Part shown: piece by piece, positions 9,343 to 17,601 of the stretch
How the letters are laid out: the number at the start of each line of letters is the position of its first letter
How positions within the stretch are numbered: position 1 is the first letter of the stretch
Source: Candidatus Zixiibacteriota bacterium
GTDB taxonomy: Bacteria > Zixibacteria > MSB-5A5 > JAABVY01 > JAHJOQ01
Assembly: GCA_018820315.1 (NCBI GenBank)
Contig: JAHJOQ010000073.1
Location: 13,343 to 77,342, forward strand
Length of the DNA: 64,000 nucleotides
Reading direction: 5' to 3'
Made by a program: the position numbers and the translations under genes
The notes under the pieces: generated by a model
Database searches by the model: none
Told to the model about the DNA's origin: nothing
The model's input: only the letters and a program-made list of their open reading frames with translations

Positions 9343-10707
9343 TTACCACGGTGGATCGCAGTTAATGACCGGTTCAAATCCACTCGAAAATATGTATGCT
9401 ATTAGATATACGACGTCGTCGATGTCAACCGTATTGCTGGCATCTGCATCGGCGCAACAGGTAATCGGGACTGGTGGCCATCCGCCTGAGAAAATATACG
9501 CGATTAGATAGACCACGTCGTCGATATCGACAAATCCGCTACCGTCAGCGTCACCCGGAACGCACCACTGCCCACTTGCACCACATTCGATGCCGTTGGC
9601 AAATGTCCAGTGTCCTCCCTTGTCGATAAGCTCCTGCAGTTCATACAGTCCGTCAAGGCGGGACGCGAGCACCATACAGGTCACCGTGCATTCTCCCGGT
9701 TCAAGTTCAACATCCTGAGCGATGATATAGAATGAACTCAGGTTTTCTATTGAGTCTGGGTCACCTGCTACGAATCCCGCGTGCGTAGCCATGAAGGTGC
9801 CTATCTCGGCAGGCGTATACCCGTTGTTTGGATCAACCCAGTTGTCGTTTTCAAGAACGGCTGCACCTGCGATATAATCGACATCGGCTGCTGCCTTGAT
9901 CTCCCAGGGACCGAATCCTGCACCACAACTGTAATTCTCCGTCGGTGATCCGATCGGACCGAACTGATAGACTTCGTTTCTCCATGGGTCTGCACCGGAT
10001 CTGTTATTCACTCCGCCAGCGCCATCCGGGATATCCCAGTCGATACCTTCTCCCAGATGTATCCTCACAGTCGTGTCAGCATTGTTGCAGACCTCGATTC
10101 GCTGGACCATAACGCACGTGTCGGGATGCATGGGAATGTAATACTCGATACCACCGACAACAACTGTGTCAGGTGTAGCCCATTGACAGCTGGCCTGTGT
10201 GTAAGTTGGTGTATGAGTAACTGCCAACACACTCATCGGGATCAGGCTGACTTCGCTGTCTGAACCATCATACATCGAGAACCATGTTGTGCTGGGATCA
10301 TTAGCATAGCTGATCACCAAACTCTGGTCAAACAACATAGACTCGCCTATGTCATACCAGTATAAGTTCCCTTCCTCTGACAGATATCCTGTCCCTGTCC
10401 GCGTATGGTTCCAGACCGCTATGGACCAGCAGAATGTTCCCAGGAGTTCGTACTCTGGAACACTGAAGCTGCTCGAATACTCTTTTACATAGCCTCCTTT
10501 GATCACTTCCGATGAATCTGCGAGCTTCTGCAGACTGAGCGCTTTCGACTTCGACAAGCCCTCATCAGCCAGGAGGCCCCAGAGCATCGTCAGGGCTGCG
10601 GCTATACAGATGCTGGTGCCCTTATGTACCACTTGATCCTCCTTCAATACGATATCGCCCGTACCGGAACAATCCGATCGTACTGTGCTACACTGATTGG
10701 ATATCAA
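9343..10707 (-). CDS. Secreted hypothetical protein with C-terminal tandem dockerin-like (EF-hand-type Ca-binding) repeats
   Basis: Putative signal peptide near the N-terminus (GTSICIAAALTMLWGLLA). The C-terminus carries two near-identical 21-22 aa segments, DADGSGFVDIDDVVYLIAYIF and DADASNTVDIDDVVYLIAYIF. Both have Asp/Ser at loop positions 1,3,5,9,12 followed by a hydrophobic helix, which is the hallmark of dockerin repeats. The remainder has no recognisable catalytic motif. Confidence 0.55.
   Translation of the reverse strand: MISNQCSTVRSDCSGTGDIVLKEDQVVHKGTSICIAAALTMLWGLLADEGLSKSKALSLQKLADSSEVIKGGYVKEYSSSFSVPEYELLGTFCWSIAVWNHTRTGTGYLSEEGNLYWYDIGESMLFDQSLVISYANDPSTTWFSMYDGSDSEVSLIPMSVLAVTHTPTYTQASCQWATPDTVVVGGIEYYIPMHPDTCVMVQRIEVCNNADTTVRIHLGEGIDWDIPDGAGGVNNRSGADPWRNEVYQFGPIGSPTENYSCGAGFGPWEIKAAADVDYIAGAAVLENDNWVDPNNGYTPAEIGTFMATHAGFVAGDPDSIENLSSFYIIAQDVELEPGECTVTCMVLASRLDGLYELQELIDKGGHWTFANGIECGASGQWCVPGDADGSGFVDIDDVVYLIAYIFSGGWPPVPITCCADADASNTVDIDDVVYLIAYIFSSGFEPVINCDPPW
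9377..9529 (-). repeat. Imperfect direct DNA repeat (about 43 nt x2, about 85% identity, about 110 nt period) encoding the two dockerin-like segments
   Basis: GAAAATATGTATGCTATTAGATATACGACGTCGTCGATGTCAAC (9377-9419) versus GAGAAAATATACGCGATTAGATAGACCACGTCGTCGATATCGAC (9487-9529). Confidence 0.6.
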
Positions 10708-10935
10708 CGTCGGTGAGGAGGTTTATTGCCACAGCATTTGCTTCCAATGCGAGATGCCAAGATTCGTCATTCATACCTGATGAATGCTCAGCGACTTGAT
10801 CTGAACGCAATATAGATTCTTCATTCCCTGCTGTCAAGAATAGTGACTGTTATTCTCTCACGTTCCTCGCGGAGTCAGATCGGACTTGGCGTCACCGAGA
10901 GCAAGTGACGTATAATTACCTACATGGGTGATCGA

Positions 10936-10964
10936 ATCCTCTATAGGAACTCTGCGCGAATGAT
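10936..10964 (+). promoter_or_regulatory. Candidate ECF sigmaE-type promoter (GGAACTC-N16-TTCTAG) upstream of the second ECF sigma gene
   Basis: GGAACT at 10936-10941 and TCTA at 10960-10963. This resembles the RpoE-type GGAACTT-N16-TCTAA consensus and lies about 75 nt upstream of the likely ATG at 11042. Confidence 0.3.
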
Positions 10965-11041
10965 GCAGTTCTAGAAAGTGAAGGCTGTTTTGCCCGCGAA
11001 TGGACTCACTTGCGGGCAGCAAGAAAGTCAGGTGTATAAGA

Positions 11042-11749
11042 ATGAATAGGAATGCGCCAGAATCGGAAGCTGGGAGGACTGCTGCGATCTCCGAACAGGG
11101 TTCGGCAAAGCAGGGTCAGACCCCGACAAATGGCGCACGGAACACGAAGGATAACAGTGAAGAGGAGACCTTGCACCTGATCGGACTCGTCAAGGCTGGA
11201 GACAACCGGGCGTTCGGAGAGCTTGTGAATCGTTATCAATCTCAGGTCGCCAACATCGCCTATCGGATGGTAAACGATTATGACGACGCCAAGGATGTTA
11301 GTCAATTGGTGTTTGTCAAGACCGCCGATAATATCAACAGCTACGATCCCTCCAAGAGGTTCTCGACATGGCTTTACAGAATTACAGTGAATGCGTCGAT
11401 CGACTATATTCGCAAGCACAGACGTCACAATCATGAACATCTCGACAATTACGCAGACTCGCTGGAAAACCTCGATGCATCTCCGGCTCAGGTCTATCAG
11501 ATGAAGCATCTCCGCTTCGCGATTCTGAAAGCCGCTGATCGACTGAATGCGAAGCAGCGAGCGGCCTTTATTCTGAAAGATATGGAGGGGCACGAGGTGA
11601 GCGAGGTGGCTGAGATACTCAACATGCCGGAAGCGACCGTGCGTTGGTATATCCACCGGGCAAGACTTAGGTTGAGACGTGAATTAAAAGGGCAGTATTC
11701 TCTTCGAACGTTCGGAAGCGAGATGGTGAACAGCCTCATTAGAAATTGA
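11042..11749 (+). CDS. ECF-subfamily RNA polymerase sigma factor with low-complexity N-terminal extension
   Basis: Region 2 motif FGELVNRYQSQVANIAYRMVNDYDDAKDVSQLVFVKT...FSTWLYRITVNASIDYIRKHRR. Region 4 HTH motif VSEVAEILNMPEATVRWYIHRARLRLRREL. The ORF opens at 11000; the ATG at 11042 has a better RBS (AGGTG). No anti-sigma gene is evident downstream. Confidence 0.85.
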   Translation: MNRNAPESEAGRTAAISEQGSAKQGQTPTNGARNTKDNSEEETLHLIGLVKAGDNRAFGELVNRYQSQVANIAYRMVNDYDDAKDVSQLVFVKTADNINSYDPSKRFSTWLYRITVNASIDYIRKHRRHNHEHLDNYADSLENLDASPAQVYQMKHLRFAILKAADRLNAKQRAAFILKDMEGHEVSEVAEILNMPEATVRWYIHRARLRLRRELKGQYSLRTFGSEMVNSLIRN

Positions 11750-11926
11750 TGGTCCGCTCACTGTGAAATCAAAGCAGCACAGCTACTGTGTGCACTAGTA
11801 TGGCTCGTCTTAGCTCCGCTGAACGAATTGTGCCCCGACACCACAGGAACTTTTTGTCTGTACGGTCATTAATTGTTATATTGTCCAACGTGGCTCAATA
11901 TTGATTACTTGTGGATGGGGAATATC

Positions 11927-12964
11927 ATGAAGGCTGTCAATTCGATTCTTGAAGCAATAGGTGGAACTCCGATGATGCGGATCAACAATCTGGTCCCGGA
12001 TGGATGGGCTGATTTGTACGCAAAGGCGGAATATATGAATCCCGGTGGCTCTGTCAAAGACAGGATGGCGCTCTATGTCATCGACGACGCCGAGAAACGC
12101 GGGCTGCTCAAACCGGGCGGAACAATTGTCGAGAATACGTCGGGAAACACGGGTGTCGGTGTGGCGATGGTCGCGGCGGTTAAGGGCTACAAGGCGATAC
12201 TGACCATTCCCGACAAAATGTCACGCGAGAAGATAGACAGGCTGAGGGCATACGGCGCCGAGGTTATTGTCACTCGGACAGATGTTCCACCAGATTCGCC
12301 GGAGTCATACTACGAGATTGCAAAGCGAATTGCAAAAGAGACTCCCAATTCATTCTATCTCGATCAATACCACAACCCGAAAAATATCGAAGCTCACTAC
12401 AACACCACCGGGCCGGAAATTTGGGAGCAGACCGAGGGCAAGCTCGATTATTTCGTTGGTGGAATCGGAACCGGAGGGACAGTCTCTGGAATCGGGAGGT
12501 TCCTCAAGGAGCAAAACCCCAATATCAAAATCATAGCTGTCGATCCTGAAGGGTCGGTGTTTTACGACTATTTCAAGACGGGCAAGCTGATAGAGCCTCA
12601 TGTTTACAAGCTTGAAGGCATCGGCGAGGATATGCTTGTCAAGGCGATGGATTTTGATGTAGTAGACGATATCATTCAGGTCAAAGACAAAGAGTCATTC
12701 CTGATGGCGAGGCGTCTGATGACGGAAGAGGGTATCTATGCGGGAGGATCATCCGGCGCCGCGATGGTTGCTGCTCTCAAGGTTGCTGAAGAAGCGGGCA
12801 GAGGCAGGATGGTAGTGACACTGTTCCCCGACTCTGGCGACAGGTATCTGTCGAAGATGTTCTCGGATGAATGGATGCGCGAAAACGGATTTCTCGACAA
12901 CGACAACATTTCTGGCGACGCACAAGAAGGATCTCGATATGAGCAAAGACAAAACAAGGTTTGA
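11927..12964 (+). CDS. PLP-dependent cysteine synthase / cystathionine beta-synthase family enzyme (CysK/CBS fold; no C-terminal CBS-pair)
   Basis: PLP-lysine motif NPGGSVKDRMALY. Gly-rich loop SGNTGVGVAM. GIGTGGTVSGIG nucleotide-like loop and C-terminal SSG motif. The ORF-track start at 11873 (TTG) was moved to the in-frame ATG at 11927. Confidence 0.8.
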   Translation: MKAVNSILEAIGGTPMMRINNLVPDGWADLYAKAEYMNPGGSVKDRMALYVIDDAEKRGLLKPGGTIVENTSGNTGVGVAMVAAVKGYKAILTIPDKMSREKIDRLRAYGAEVIVTRTDVPPDSPESYYEIAKRIAKETPNSFYLDQYHNPKNIEAHYNTTGPEIWEQTEGKLDYFVGGIGTGGTVSGIGRFLKEQNPNIKIIAVDPEGSVFYDYFKTGKLIEPHVYKLEGIGEDMLVKAMDFDVVDDIIQVKDKESFLMARRLMTEEGIYAGGSSGAAMVAALKVAEEAGRGRMVVTLFPDSGDRYLSKMFSDEWMRENGFLDNDNISGDAQEGSRYEQRQNKV

Positions 12965-14096
12965 AACACGAGCCATTCACGCCGGACAATCTCCGGATCC
13001 ATCCACAGGCGCAATAACAACACCGATATTCCAGACATCGACATATGTTCAGGAGGGTGTCGGAGGACACAAGGGCTATGAGTATTCCCGCACTGACAAT
13101 CCGACCCGCACAGCGCTGCAGGAGTGCCTTGCGTCACTCGAAAACGCAAAGTACGGACTGTCGTTTGCTTCCGGGATGAGCACGATCTCGACGATCATGA
13201 ATCTCCTGAAAGCGGGCGATCATATCGTGTCATCGGATGATGTCTATGGTGGCACGTATCGGATCTTCGAACATGTATTTCGTGACTACGGCCTGAAGTA
13301 CGATTATGTGAATATATCGAATCTCTCTGAAATAGAGAGCGCAATAAAGCCTGAAACAAAGATGGTCTGGGTTGAGACCCCCACTAACCCGCTGCTGAAA
13401 ATCACCGACCTCAAAGGTGTAGCCGAAATTTGCCGAAAGCACAATCTCATTTCCTGTGTAGATAACACTTTTGCGACCCCATACTTCCAGAAGCCTCTTG
13501 ATTACGGCATTGATATTGTGATGCATTCGGTCACAAAATTCCTCGGTGGGCATGCGGATACGGTCGGTGGAGCGCTGATGACATCGAGTGACAAACTCTA
13601 TGACCGTCTGAAGTTCTGCCAGAATGCCGTCGGAGCAATTCCGGGACCGTTCGACTGCTGGCTGGTACTGCGGGGCGTGAAGACGCTTGCTGTGCGCATG
13701 GAGCGGCACGCACAGAATGCCGGTCAAATCGCGAACTGGCTGGAGGCGCATCCTAAAGTCAGGAAAGTCATATATCCGGGATTGAAGTCGCATCCGGGGC
13801 ATGAGATTGCTAAGAAGCAAATGACCGGCTTTGGCGGGCTCATCTCGTTTGAGATCGACGGTTCGCAGGCGGACGCAGTCAAGTTTCTCGAAAATGTTAA
13901 GCTGTTTGCGCTGGCCGAATCGCTGGGAGGTGTCGAATCCCTGATCGAGCATCCCGGTCTGATGACGCATGCGTCTATTCCGGCTGAAGTGCGGCACGAG
14001 AAAGGGCTCTCAGACAGTCTCATCAGGATTTCGGTCGGCATCGAGTATGTCGACGACCTGATAGCTGATCTTGACGACGCGTTGGCTAATCTGTAG
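12939..14096 (+). CDS. Cys/Met-metabolism PLP-dependent enzyme (cystathionine gamma-lyase / gamma-synthase family)
   Basis: N-terminus TRAIHAGQSPDPSTGAITTPIFQTSTY. PLP-lysine region SVTKFLGGHADTVGGAL. The start at 12939 (AAGAAGGA RBS) overlaps the upstream gene by 26 nt, indicating translational coupling. Confidence 0.85.
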   Translation: MSKDKTRFETRAIHAGQSPDPSTGAITTPIFQTSTYVQEGVGGHKGYEYSRTDNPTRTALQECLASLENAKYGLSFASGMSTISTIMNLLKAGDHIVSSDDVYGGTYRIFEHVFRDYGLKYDYVNISNLSEIESAIKPETKMVWVETPTNPLLKITDLKGVAEICRKHNLISCVDNTFATPYFQKPLDYGIDIVMHSVTKFLGGHADTVGGALMTSSDKLYDRLKFCQNAVGAIPGPFDCWLVLRGVKTLAVRMERHAQNAGQIANWLEAHPKVRKVIYPGLKSHPGHEIAKKQMTGFGGLISFEIDGSQADAVKFLENVKLFALAESLGGVESLIEHPGLMTHASIPAEVRHEKGLSDSLIRISVGIEYVDDLIADLDDALANL

Positions 14097-14161
14097 CGCT
14101 ATGGTAAGGCTCTACTATAAGAATGGCTTGGGATAGTGGTATCGAATTAACTGGAGGTTAT

Positions 14162-14557
14162 ATGGAAAAGATGAAATACACATTCGGTAAGCTGACGAAG
14201 ATGACTTACGACGAGGCGCTTGCAAAGCTGCCTGATCTCCTCAAGGAAGAGGGTTTCGGAGTGCTCACCGAGATCGATGTCAAAGAGACGATGAAGAAGA
14301 AACTTGATGTCGGATTTCGGAAGTACAAGATCTTGGGTGCATGCAATCCGAAGCTTGCATATCAGGCATTTCAAGCCGAGATTGAGATCGGCGCTCTGCT
14401 TCCGTGCAATGTGATAGTGTATGAAGATGACAGCGGCAAGGCTGTTGTATCATTCATGGATCCGCTGATGGCGCTCGGGTTCATTGGTAATGAGAGCCTG
14501 TCAGGCGTTGCTAAAGAAGCCAACGATCGCCTAAGAAGAGTACTGGACAAGATTTGA
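14162..14557 (+). CDS. DUF302-family small protein
   Basis: 131 aa. The sequence pattern (KMTYDEALAKLPDLLKEEGFGVLTEIDV...GALLPCNVIVYEDD...VSFMDP) matches the DUF302 fold. GGAGG RBS sits 5 nt upstream of ATG 14162. Confidence 0.6.
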   Translation: MEKMKYTFGKLTKMTYDEALAKLPDLLKEEGFGVLTEIDVKETMKKKLDVGFRKYKILGACNPKLAYQAFQAEIEIGALLPCNVIVYEDDSGKAVVSFMDPLMALGFIGNESLSGVAKEANDRLRRVLDKI

Positions 14558-14588
14558 TAATAACTGTTGTCTGATCCGGCGGAGCCTC

Positions 14589-16793
14589 ATGAAACCAGTT
14601 TACTTAGATTATAACGCCACGACTCCGATCGATCCCGGTGTTGCCGACGCCATGCTGCCGTTTCTCCGGGATGATTTCGGCAACCCGTCAAGCGGGCATT
14701 ACTATGGATATCGCACACGCGCGGCGGTAGAGATTGCGCGCTTGCAGATCGCCTCTCTTCTCGGTTGTGATTCCGATGAAGTGATATTCACAAGTGGCGG
14801 CACCGAATCGAACAACTACGCAATCCGGGGATATGCCTTTGCGAACAGGCATCGAGGACAGCACATAATCACGTCTCAGATCGAACATCCGGCGGTGCTT
14901 GAAGTCTGCAGCTACCTCGAGAAGCACTGTTTCGACATAACGCGCCTCCCAGTCGATGAATTCGGTATGGTGAATCCCTCGGCAGTGGACGATGCGATTC
15001 GCGCCGACACCATTCTCGTGACGATCATGTTGGCAAACAATGAGGTAGGAACAATCCAGCCGATTGCTGAAATAGCAGAGATTCTCACCGACCGTCAAAT
15101 CGGTTTTCACACCGATGCTGCTCAGGCTGTCGGCAAGATTGCGACGCGTGTTAACGATCTCGGAGTCGATATGCTCAGCATAGCGGGGCACAAGCTATAC
15201 GCACCGAAGGGGATCGGCGCGCTGTATGTCCGTCGCGGAATCGAAATCGAGAAATTTATGTTCGGCGCCGATCATGAATCAAATCGACGTGCAGGCACCG
15301 AGAATGTGCTCGAGATAGTCGGTTTAGGCAAGGCATCCGAACTTGCACACGAGAATTTCGATAGCTATGCCTCAAGTATGCGCCGAACACGTGATCGGAT
15401 GCAGGAGCTTCTGCTTGCCGGGTTCCCTTCGATGAAGATTAACGGTCATCTTGAGAAGCGACTGCCGAATACCCTCAGCGTCAGCTTCCCCAGAATCGAA
15501 GCAAACATAATCATTTCTGAGGCTGCCGGTGTTGCAATATCTGCCGGAGCGGCTTGCCATACGGAATCTGTTGATATATCACACGTGCTTGAAGCGATGG
15601 GTATCCCTGAGGATATTGCCATGGGGACATTGCGGATTTCAACCGGCAGATTTACTACCGACAACGACATCGAGAAGGCTTTCGAGGAGCTGAGCCGAGT
15701 TGTGAGTGGACTTTTGTCTGGCGCTAGCGGGAGTGATGGCACATCTGCGAAGCAAGGGGAGTATAAGCTAACCCGATATACACACGGACTTGGATGTGCG
15801 TGCAAGCTGAGACCACAGGTGCTTGAATCAGTCTTGAGCAAACTGCCGATCCCGGATGACAAGAATGTCCTGGTCGGGACAGAGAACGCCGATGACGCCG
15901 CAGTGTATCTAATCAGCGATGATCTGGCTATCGTGCAGACGGTCGATTTCTTCACTCCGGTCGTGGACGATCCATACGATTTCGGTCAGGTGGCTGCAGC
16001 CAATTCGCTCAGCGATATATATGCAATGGGTGCGAAGCCTCTGTTTGCCCTGTCCATAGTAGGCTTCCCATCGAATCGCCTACCACAGTTTGTCCTCGAA
16101 GAGATACTGCGAGGTGCGCATGACAAGGCGAAGGAGGCGGGGATATGCATCATCGGCGGTCATACAGTTGATGACACCGAACCCCAATATGGCCTGGCCG
16201 TTACTGGCAGTGTGCACCCGTCGAAAATCTGGATGAACAGAGGTGCACGCCCCGGTGATAGCATCATCCTGACCAAACCGATTGGCATCGGCATACTGAG
16301 CACAGCCGCTAAGCAGGGGATGATCGATCAGCCCAGCATGGATGAAATTGTGCTGCACATGTCTACGCTTAACAAAGGCGCTGCAGATATTCTTGCGGAC
16401 TACTCCGTTCATGCGTGTACCGATGTGACTGGTTTCGGATTAGCGGGACATCTTCATGAAATGACTCGCGCCAGCGGGGTAGAAGTTGAACTCGATTCTT
16501 CAGTCATTCCGGTGATAGGCGGCGCGCGCGAAGCGGCTGTGGCTGGTGCGATTCCGGGAGGCACTGTTTCGAATATGGAATTTATGGAGGGAAAGATCGA
16601 GTGGGATGACTCGGTCGACCGCATCGCGCGGACTCTTATCTGCGACGCCCAGACTTCCGGCGGCCTCCTGATTGCGCTGGATAGTGCTGATGCTCCACAG
16701 GCAGTCCGGGCGCTTCAGGATGCCGAAGTGAAATACGCGGCTATCATTGGAAAAGTTACCGGAACCGGCGCGGGGAAGATTTTCGTCAAATAG
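14589..16793 (+). CDS. selD: Fusion protein: N-terminal NifS/IscS-like cysteine desulfurase (selenocysteine lyase-like) + C-terminal selenophosphate synthetase SelD (Cys-type active site)
   Basis: N-terminal domain carries the PLP-lysine motif SIAGHKLYAPKGIGALYV and active-site Cys in SAGAACHTES, read as IscS-like. After a Gly/Ser linker (SGLLSGASGSDGTS), the sequence LTRYTHGLGCACKLRPQVLESVL...LVGTENADDAAVYLI...VDFFTPVVDDPYDFGQVAAANSLSDIYAMGAKP aligns closely with E. coli SelD (LTQYSHGAGCGCKISP...DDAAVYD...[33 protein letters not shown]). Confidence 0.85.
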   Translation: MKPVYLDYNATTPIDPGVADAMLPFLRDDFGNPSSGHYYGYRTRAAVEIARLQIASLLGCDSDEVIFTSGGTESNNYAIRGYAFANRHRGQHIITSQIEHPAVLEVCSYLEKHCFDITRLPVDEFGMVNPSAVDDAIRADTILVTIMLANNEVGTIQPIAEIAEILTDRQIGFHTDAAQAVGKIATRVNDLGVDMLSIAGHKLYAPKGIGALYVRRGIEIEKFMFGADHESNRRAGTENVLEIVGLGKASELAHENFDSYASSMRRTRDRMQELLLAGFPSMKINGHLEKRLPNTLSVSFPRIEANIIISEAAGVAISAGAACHTESVDISHVLEAMGIPEDIAMGTLRISTGRFTTDNDIEKAFEELSRVVSGLLSGASGSDGTSAKQGEYKLTRYTHGLGCACKLRPQVLESVLSKLPIPDDKNVLVGTENADDAAVYLISDDLAIVQTVDFFTPVVDDPYDFGQVAAANSLSDIYAMGAKPLFALSIVGFPSNRLPQFVLEEILRGAHDKAKEAGICIIGGHTVDDTEPQYGLAVTGSVHPSKIWMNRGARPGDSIILTKPIGIGILSTAAKQGMIDQPSMDEIVLHMSTLNKGAADILADYSVHACTDVTGFGLAGHLHEMTRASGVEVELDSSVIPVIGGAREAAVAGAIPGGTVSNMEFMEGKIEWDDSVDRIARTLICDAQTSGGLLIALDSADAPQAVRALQDAEVKYAAIIGKVTGTGAGKIFVK

Positions 16794-16812
16794 TACAAGA
16801 TATTGGAATGAG

Positions 16813-16845
16813 AAAGCCGGGACAGAGTCCCGGCTTTTCTATTTG
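16813..16845. terminator. Bidirectional Rho-independent terminator
   Basis: Stem AAAGCCGGGAC / GTCCCGGCTTT with AGA loop, followed by TCTATTT. Lies between the NifS-SelD stop (+) and the rplY stop (-). Confidence 0.65.
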
Positions 16846-16882
16846 CAGGTCAAGAACCGAGCGATAGTGTCTGCTCGTCTGA

Positions 16883-17581
16883 CTATTCCTTCTTCTTTTC
16901 GGTGATGACCTCAGGCTCCTTCTTCTCTTCGCCTTCACCTTCACCGGCGCCTTCACCCTCAGCACCTTCGGCCACTTCGCCTTCAGCAGCCTCTCCGGCA
17001 GTCCCGGCCACCTTTGCAACAGTCGGGGCGGCCACGGTCACTATGACTTGACTCTCATTAGTGACGAGCTCCAGCCCTGATAGGTCAAGGTCTCTGGCAT
17101 GAACAGAGTCACCGATTGCCATTTCAGAGACGTCGATCTCGATGAAATCTCTCATATCGGTCGGCAAGCAGGCAACATCGATCTGTCTCCGGGTGAACTC
17201 GAGGATTCCTCCCATGGTCTTCACGCCGTCCGGAATTCCTTTTAGATGAATGGGAACGCTGACGGTGATTTTCTTGGTGAGAGAAATCTGCTGGAAGTCA
17301 ACATGGAGCATTTTGCTCTGAATCGGTCCGCGCTGGACTTCTCTAATCAAGACTTTGTAAGGCTCACTGGTTTTTCCCTCTATAGTCAGATCGATCAGAA
17401 TATTATCCGATTCGGACTTTCTAAAGAGGGCGGCCAGATCGCGCAGACTAATCGCTATAGGGATCGCATCAAGGTCGGGACCATAGACGACGGCTGGTAG
17501 CATGCCCTGCTCGCGTAGCTTTCGGGCAACGCCTTTGCCAGCGTCAGCGCGCGGTACCGCGGTTAATGTTCTCGTTTCCAC
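16883..17581 (-). CDS. rplY: 50S ribosomal protein L25 / general stress protein Ctc form, with acidic Glu/Gly/Ala-rich C-terminal tail
   Basis: N-terminus METRTLTAVPRADAGKGVARKLREQGMLPAVVYG is typical of L25. The C-terminal tail is GEAAEGEVAEGAEGEGAGEGEGEEKKE. Adjacent to prs, which is the conserved neighbourhood. Confidence 0.85.
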   Translation of the reverse strand: METRTLTAVPRADAGKGVARKLREQGMLPAVVYGPDLDAIPIAISLRDLAALFRKSESDNILIDLTIEGKTSEPYKVLIREVQRGPIQSKMLHVDFQQISLTKKITVSVPIHLKGIPDGVKTMGGILEFTRRQIDVACLPTDMRDFIEIDVSEMAIGDSVHARDLDLSGLELVTNESQVIVTVAAPTVAKVAGTAGEAAEGEVAEGAEGEGAGEGEGEEKKEPEVITEKKKE

Positions 17582-17601
17582 TTATTGGCTCCTTTGCATT
17601 A

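Noticed and set aside
11006-11656. 216 aa antisense ORF opposite the second ECF sigma gene
   Set aside because: Overlaps a confidently assigned sigma factor whose conserved motifs are in the + frame. The antisense translation has no recognisable features.
11750-11926. SAM or T-box riboswitch upstream of the Cys/Met-metabolism operon
   Set aside because: No SAM-I/SAM-II core motifs or T-box specifier/antiterminator (AGGGUGGNACCGCG) sequences are visible. The leader is short and is instead preceded by a GGAACTT ECF-like motif.
13230-13997. 255 aa antisense ORF opposite the cystathionine gamma-lyase-like gene
   Set aside because: Same reasoning. The sense strand carries clear PLP-enzyme motifs and the antisense product is Arg-rich low-complexity.
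14589-16793. Selenocysteine (TGA-decoded) active site in SelD or nearby selenoprotein genes
   Set aside because: The SelD domain has Cys (GCACK) encoded by TGC. No ORF in the window appears split at an in-frame TGA with a downstream SECIS-like hairpin, so there is no evidence for Sec decoding within this window.
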